This document shows positions 54,486-64,000 of a DNA stretch of 64,000 nt, in pieces. The stretch is from assembly GCF_009914755.1 (NCBI RefSeq), contig NC_060934.1; one strand, written 5' to 3'. The notes below the pieces were generated by a model. The model was not told where the DNA came from and searched no databases. It saw nothing but the letters and a program-made list of their open reading frames with translations. The first letter of the stretch is position 1. Each line of letters starts with the position of its first letter. Both the position numbers and the translations under genes were made by a program. This DNA comes from the human T2T-CHM13v2.0 reference genome, Homo sapiens.

Positions 54486-55346
54486 TAAAAGATATATTCT
54501 TGGTGTTAATGTCCCCCACTGAAAAAAAAAATCAACTTTATAATTTCAAATAGCAAAGCAGGTTTTTACTAAAAATACACATGTGTCTATTGGATACATC
54601 ACAGCCTTTGGGATGTCTAGAGATTAACTCCCTTTCAGATAAGCCATTACAGCCCCATTTTTCAAAAGAAAAAAGGACTCTCTGAGAGGTTAACTGGTTT
54701 GCTCAAGACTACAAAGTTTGATATGCTAATTAGAGGGGGGATATTCTAGAAATATCTAGGCTCACATTCCAAAAACAGGTCCAAGTAAAATGACAGGAAT
54801 CTGGAAAAAATAAGTAATAACATGACAATTATCTGGTGGCCATCTGGACAGTAGCAGTAGCCATTCCACAAGGAAAAGATTTACACAAGACCAGAAGGGA
54901 GAGAAAATTCTGGCTGATGGAATGGGGGATATTGTAAGGAGAGAATGAGAAAAATGCTATAGTAGCAACAACTACGTACCCAAGGAGATGGATGTTTTAT
55001 GTGAATGTAATGTTGCCACATTGTAAAGGCACAATAATATAAAAGTATGCAAGAAAACCTCCGCTCAATCACCTTTTCAAGAGATTGGACACAGAAGCAA
55101 GGGATAGGTCAAAGGGAAAATGGAAGCCTATGGCAAGATCCAGCAAAAGCACCTTTAAAAGAAAAGAAAAGGCCAGATGCAGTGGCTCATGCCTGTAATC
55201 TCAGCACTTTGGGAGGCCGAGGCGGGTGGATCACCTGAGGTCAGGAGTTCAAGACCAGCCTGGCCAACATGGTGAAACCCTGTCTCTACTAAAAAACACA
55301 AAATTAGCCGGGTGTGGTGGCGCATGCCTGTAATCCCAGCTACTCA

Positions 55347-55541
<195 letters not shown>

Positions 55542-55604
55542 TCACGCCTGTAATCCCAGCACTTTGGGAGGCCAAGGCAGGCGGATCATGAGGCCAGGAG
55601 TTCA

Positions 55605-55918
<314 letters not shown>

Positions 55919-56786
55919 CTAGAGCAAAAGATCAAGAAGGATTCAAATCAAATTGTTCAGAGTGGTGACCCTGAAGGACTAACAGTGGGAGAGAGAAAGA
56001 ATAGAAGAGGTGTGGGGAGAATTTTCACTTTTTAGTTGCATAATCCCTTCTGGGTTGTTTATTTTATGTCTACATGCATTTTTAATTTTAGAAATTAAAA
56101 ATATATTATTTAAAATTAAAAAGTTTTTTAACAACCTGTTCTGTTTGGAGGACTGTTTGGAGGAATCATCAAGTCTCAGAGTTGAAATTGGTCTCAGAGG
56201 TCTGTGTAGTCTAATCTCAGCTAGATTCAGCTTCACAGCCTGGCTGTCTGCATGGAACTTAGGGCAGAATGGCCACCCCTGGCTCACAGGCACTCACTCC
56301 AGCCTCAATTCGGATCTGGCTCATGGAACCTGGTGTACCCGAAGGATATGAAAAATTACATAAGCGTTGTGGCTTTTATAATATACACCTGCGCTGCTAA
56401 ACATCACCAACAACCATGCACCAGGACTACAGCAACCCCCAGATCCTCCTAGTTCCTACCAGGCCCTGAGTAATTTGACAGCCTCAGAAGGGTCACTCAC
56501 GGTTGAACACAACTGGGCGCTCATACCTGTAATCCCAATACTTTGGGAGGCCAAGCCAGGAGGATTGCTTGAGCCCAAGAGTTCAAGGCCAGCTTGAGAA
56601 ACAGAGTGAGGCCCTGTCTCTACAAAAAAAATTAAAATTAGCTGGGCATGGTGGTGTGTGCCTATAGTTCAGCTACTCAGGAGGCTGAGGTGGGAGGATC
56701 GCTTGAGCCCAGGAGTTCGAGACCATGATCACACCACTGACTGCACTCTTCCCTCCTGGATGGCAGGGTGAAACAGTCTCAAAAAA

Positions 56787-56787
56787 A

Positions 56788-56857
<70 letters not shown>
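56787..56857. repeat. (AAAG)~17 tetranucleotide repeat in an Alu tail
   Basis: Direct read. Confidence 0.95.
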
Positions 56858-56858
<1 letters not shown>

Positions 56859-57046
56859 GGTTTGAACACGAAAAACTGAGGTCAACTGTAAACCAGTTGG
56901 TTGTCAGTACAGCACAATCCCAAGTACAGTGTAGCTATAGCCTAATAGGGCCTCACAGTGTCTATGTGAGCTTCACCATTAACAATCACTTCCCCTGGCC
57001 ATTCTTCACCGTCTTATAGTTTGAGAAGAGCTGCTTACTGCCCTGA

Positions 57047-57384
<338 letters not shown>

Positions 57385-58530
57385 TAAGTATCCTCAGTTC
57401 AGTCAGAACTTAATGTTACTTAATTTTACGCAGTGCTCAAAATTGGGAACACACCTGTAAAGGGTTTGCCATCACCAGGATTTTAAACCACTGACATAGA
57501 CTGAAAGCAAGAAGAGTGCTGTGTTTGTTGCTATATCCCCTCCAACACCTAAGGCAATGCATTTCACATCTTGCTGAGAGCAGATAACTCAATACCTGGA
57601 ACTAGAAAATTAGAATCTAAAAGACGGAAGGCATCTAAAGACCAGTTCCCATCATGCCACAGCTGAGAAATTGGAGACCCAGGTGGTTAAATCAGATATT
57701 GAGTTAATGTCAGCTGGAATGCAGATGTTCCTACTCTGAGTTGAGTGCCCTTTCCTCTGTCAGGTTGCTTGTTAGCTAAATGAATGAATGACTTTACCAC
57801 TCGATTTGTATGAAAAAAGGAGGCCAGAAAAGAGACTAAAGTTAAATGTGTAATTGTTTGTATAGACTATATTTGCCAACTTAACTGAAGTTTTCCACTT
57901 TCAATTGATGGTTTGCATTCATTGACTTAGATATATTTTTCATCATTTAAAATGTTTCATCAATGCATACAAACTCCAGACAAATAACAAGTCAGATTTC
58001 AATATAGTGTTAACTCCAATTCCTCTATAATCTATAATACTTAAATAATTACATGATCGGACTGATCCAAATATATTTTAATGTCTTTATATGTCAATGA
58101 TGAAGGATGTAAAATCTTCATATTATGTCTCTATTATGTAACTGCTTCAAGAAAACAAAAAATTAATAAAACCTAACACATGTAAATAAACTCTGACATA
58201 ACATGAGTCCATGATATTCACTAGCCAGATTTTCAAACCTCATTGTCCTTTAAGAGCCCAATTTTAAGCTGGGCGTGGTAGTTTACGCCTGTAATCCCAA
58301 CACTTTGGGAAGCTGAGATGGGAAGAAAGTTTGAGCAAGGGAATTATAACCAGCCTGGGCAACATAGCAAGACCCAGTCTTATTCAAAAAAATTTTTTTA
58401 AATTTTTTTTAAATCCAATTTTTGCCCTTTAGATTTTTTTTTTAACCAACCAACAATTTGCCAGCTTTTTTTTTTTTTTTTTTTTTTTGAGACGGAGTCT
58501 CACTCTGTTGCCCAGGTTGGAGTGCAGTAG

Positions 58531-58707
<177 letters not shown>

Positions 58708-59190
58708 TGATCCACCCACCTCAGCCTCCCAAAGTTCTGGGATTACAGGCAGAAGTCACCACACCCAGCCAGCCAGCTTTGAGTTTCATTTCTTTCATTT
58801 TCTTGCTCATCCTCAGAGAGAGAGGTTTAAGAAGAGAAATAAAGGGGAAAAACGGGAAACAGAAAGGCGAAAGGTATAGATGCCTCAGGAACTGACAGGG
58901 AGTAGCAGTCAGGCTCCTGGAAGAAACGAGAAATGTAGCAAGGCATGGTCAGGAAACACATGTCTATCCATGCTCCCACTCTCTCTGCCTTTCCCTCTCT
59001 TTCCCATCCCTCTTGCCAAGAAGTGAGTTGGCAATCTTACCAATGACAAACAAAATAGATAAAGCCTCCACACTGAGATTTAGAAACCCCACTTTATCCA
59101 AAACTAAGTCACTTACATCAAATTGTACCATGACACCAAGCATTCCTGTCCCCTCCCCTGCAATGGCAATCAAGTGTCATAGAAAAATAG

Positions 59191-59388
<198 letters not shown>

Positions 59389-60101
59389 TAAACCCTTCTC
59401 GCCTGTTTTGCAGAAAAGAAAATTGAGATCCCAGAGAAATGAAGTAACTTGCCCAAGGTCATTCAGCAGGCAAGATAGAACTAGATCCCCAAATTGCAAA
59501 CTAGCTGTCCAGAGTTCTTTCCTCAATGAGCAATTTAAAAGCTACAGAATGTACAAAAAAAGCTCCCCAACAGTCTAGATATAAAAACAATTACAAAGGC
59601 ACAAAAGGGCAGGAAAACTCAATAAAACTATAAACTTCACCCATCCCACCTCCCAGAAACCCAGTGACAATCAAAGCAGCGTCAGGCTGGTTCAAGGAGT
59701 AATGGTGTCTCCAACAATTTAATTGCTCTTCTTCCTCCTTTACCCATTTCTCACAGGCAGAGAAAAAATGCATCTAAGACTACTGAAACTTACTTTGAAC
59801 CAATACAGATGTTTGTTGATACCTGAAATTTAGGGATTCGCAAATACGTTTTCTGCCAAGAGCTTACAGAAATCACACTCTTAGAGCTAAAACATCAGGT
59901 CATTCCATGAGTCTCAAGCCCTGGAGAAAATTAAATGCCTTCCCCAGAAACGGGTCCTCTCCCCTGTCCTGCGCAGGTAACAAACGCTGCTGGAGAGACT
60001 TGGCTTCATCAGCTGTCTAAATGCAGACTTTTCAAGAAGGTGACTCAAGAAACTAACATTCCAAAACAGGACTTCAGAAAAAGAAGAAAACTTTTTCTTA
60101 C

Positions 60102-60189
60102 CCTTAAAAATGACAGAAACAATAGGATCCGGCTTGCCAAATTTCGTTTTAGGGATATTGCTGGCAGATTCCACAATCACTCGCAGCAT
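60102..60189 (-). CDS. MYOF: Myoferlin coding exon 1 (88 nt, MLRVIVESASNIPKTKFGKPDPIVSVIFK + first base of Asp30)
   Basis: ATG at 60189-60187 in agaaccATGc context; translation matches the myoferlin N-terminus; donor AAGG|gtaaga. Confidence 0.98.
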
Positions 60190-60600
60190 GGTTCTTAGCT
60201 GGTAGAAAGCAAGTTTCAGCAAACGAAGTGGAGACTCGGGCGCTGGAGCTCCGGGTCGCACCGCCCTGGGAGAGAAGTTCTCTCCCAGTGAAGGGAGGAT
60301 TTCTCCCAGGGCAAGGAAGGGGAAAAGGCAAAATGGGTGGACCTCTGGCGGATTTTACTGAAGGCAACGTGTAAACTGATACCGAACTCCCCGCGTCTAC
60401 GCAGTGCCGCAGGCACAGACTTATGAATTCGGGAAATGTGGAAGTGAAAAGGACAAACCCTAAACTAAAAATAATTCCGTGCGACAAATGAAACCAACAT
60501 GAATTTGGAGCTAAGAAATACGGGTAGGTCAGGAAACCACTAAAATGTTGCTGCCTTTTAGCAATGGTTCGTGAAACTGAATTAATTGATTTTTCCGTCA
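60190..60600 (-). promoter_or_regulatory. MYOF: MYOF 5'UTR and proximal promoter (TSS not determinable from sequence)
   Basis: Repeat-free, locally CpG-enriched region directly upstream of the start codon; several GGAAA cores; pyrimidine tract 60328-60313 on minus strand; no obvious TATA box. Confidence 0.75.
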
Positions 60601-60852
60601 CTGCTTTCATTCTTTTCTGAGTTTCAAGGAGTTTTAAAACTTTAGTCATTATTTGCTTTTGACTTTTCGCTGTTACTTCTCACGCCATTGAACACACCCA
60701 CTCAGTAACCCTATGTTCAGCTTTTTTAAAGCAGCTAAAGGGTGCCTCTTACTGGACGGCAAACGAATGACAGCGTTTATTTCAAGTAAACGCGATCCAG
60801 GCATGGGATATATAAATAATTACATATATGTATAAATAATTATATATATATA

Positions 60853-60860
<8 letters not shown>

Positions 60861-60910
<50 letters not shown>
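60861..60910. repeat. (TA)25 microsatellite with degenerate AT-rich flank from ~60808
   Basis: Direct read. Confidence 0.95.
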
Positions 60911-60913
<3 letters not shown>

Positions 60914-61105
60914 GACTGAACATAGAATTTCTTCAAAACCCCTTCAGAGGTGAGAGCTGGGCGCCTAAGTTTTCCCGGCTCTTCAAATGCTGCCAATTGC
61001 CTTCAGTGAAAATGGAGAAGTGACTCCCCACTGTTTCTGGACCTACAGCTGCCCATGGTGTCTTTCTGTCCCAGAGGGTGCATGAAGACAGTGCAGCTTG
61101 GCTGA

Positions 61106-64000
<2,895 letters not shown>

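Noticed and set aside
56490-56510. Cryptic minus-strand donor ACC|gtgagt in intron 1
   Set aside because: No convincing matching acceptor or frame; such motifs are common in long introns
59914-60101. ORF continuation past MYOF exon 1
   Set aside because: Runs through a strong gtaaga donor into intron 1 and would truncate C2A
60300-60800. Canonical CArG (SRF) box in the promoter
   Set aside because: No exact CC(A/T)6GG found by eye

Overview
Human (or great-ape) genomic DNA carrying the 5' end of MYOF (myoferlin) on the minus strand. It contains the promoter/5'UTR (~60190-60600) and coding exons 1-5 (60189-60102, 34891-34836, 30099-30008, 9477-9369, 4127-4040). All five have GT-AG boundaries and splice in frame into residues 1-144 (MLRVIVESASNIPKTKFGKPDP...GPSVPGMG), the C2A domain plus linker. 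The rest is intron plus about 3.7 kb of upstream DNA, dominated by roughly 55-60 Alu copies (several nested), two L1PA insertions with clear TSDs, solo LTRs (LTR10-like, MER31-like, MSTB, MLT1, MLT2), hAT MITEs, MIR/L2 relics and microsatellites. Almost all ORFs in the supplied track are repeat-derived noise. I see no prokaryotic-type system and no convincing new gene. The most testable ideas are an in-frame CUG N-terminal extension with competing 5'UTR hairpins, a C2A-only read-through isoform, a stop-free exon 2-5 circle, and an LTR with adjacent AP-1/p53 motifs. Repeat subfamily names are from recall of consensus sequences and need RepeatMasker confirmation; repeat boundaries without a stated TSD are approximate.
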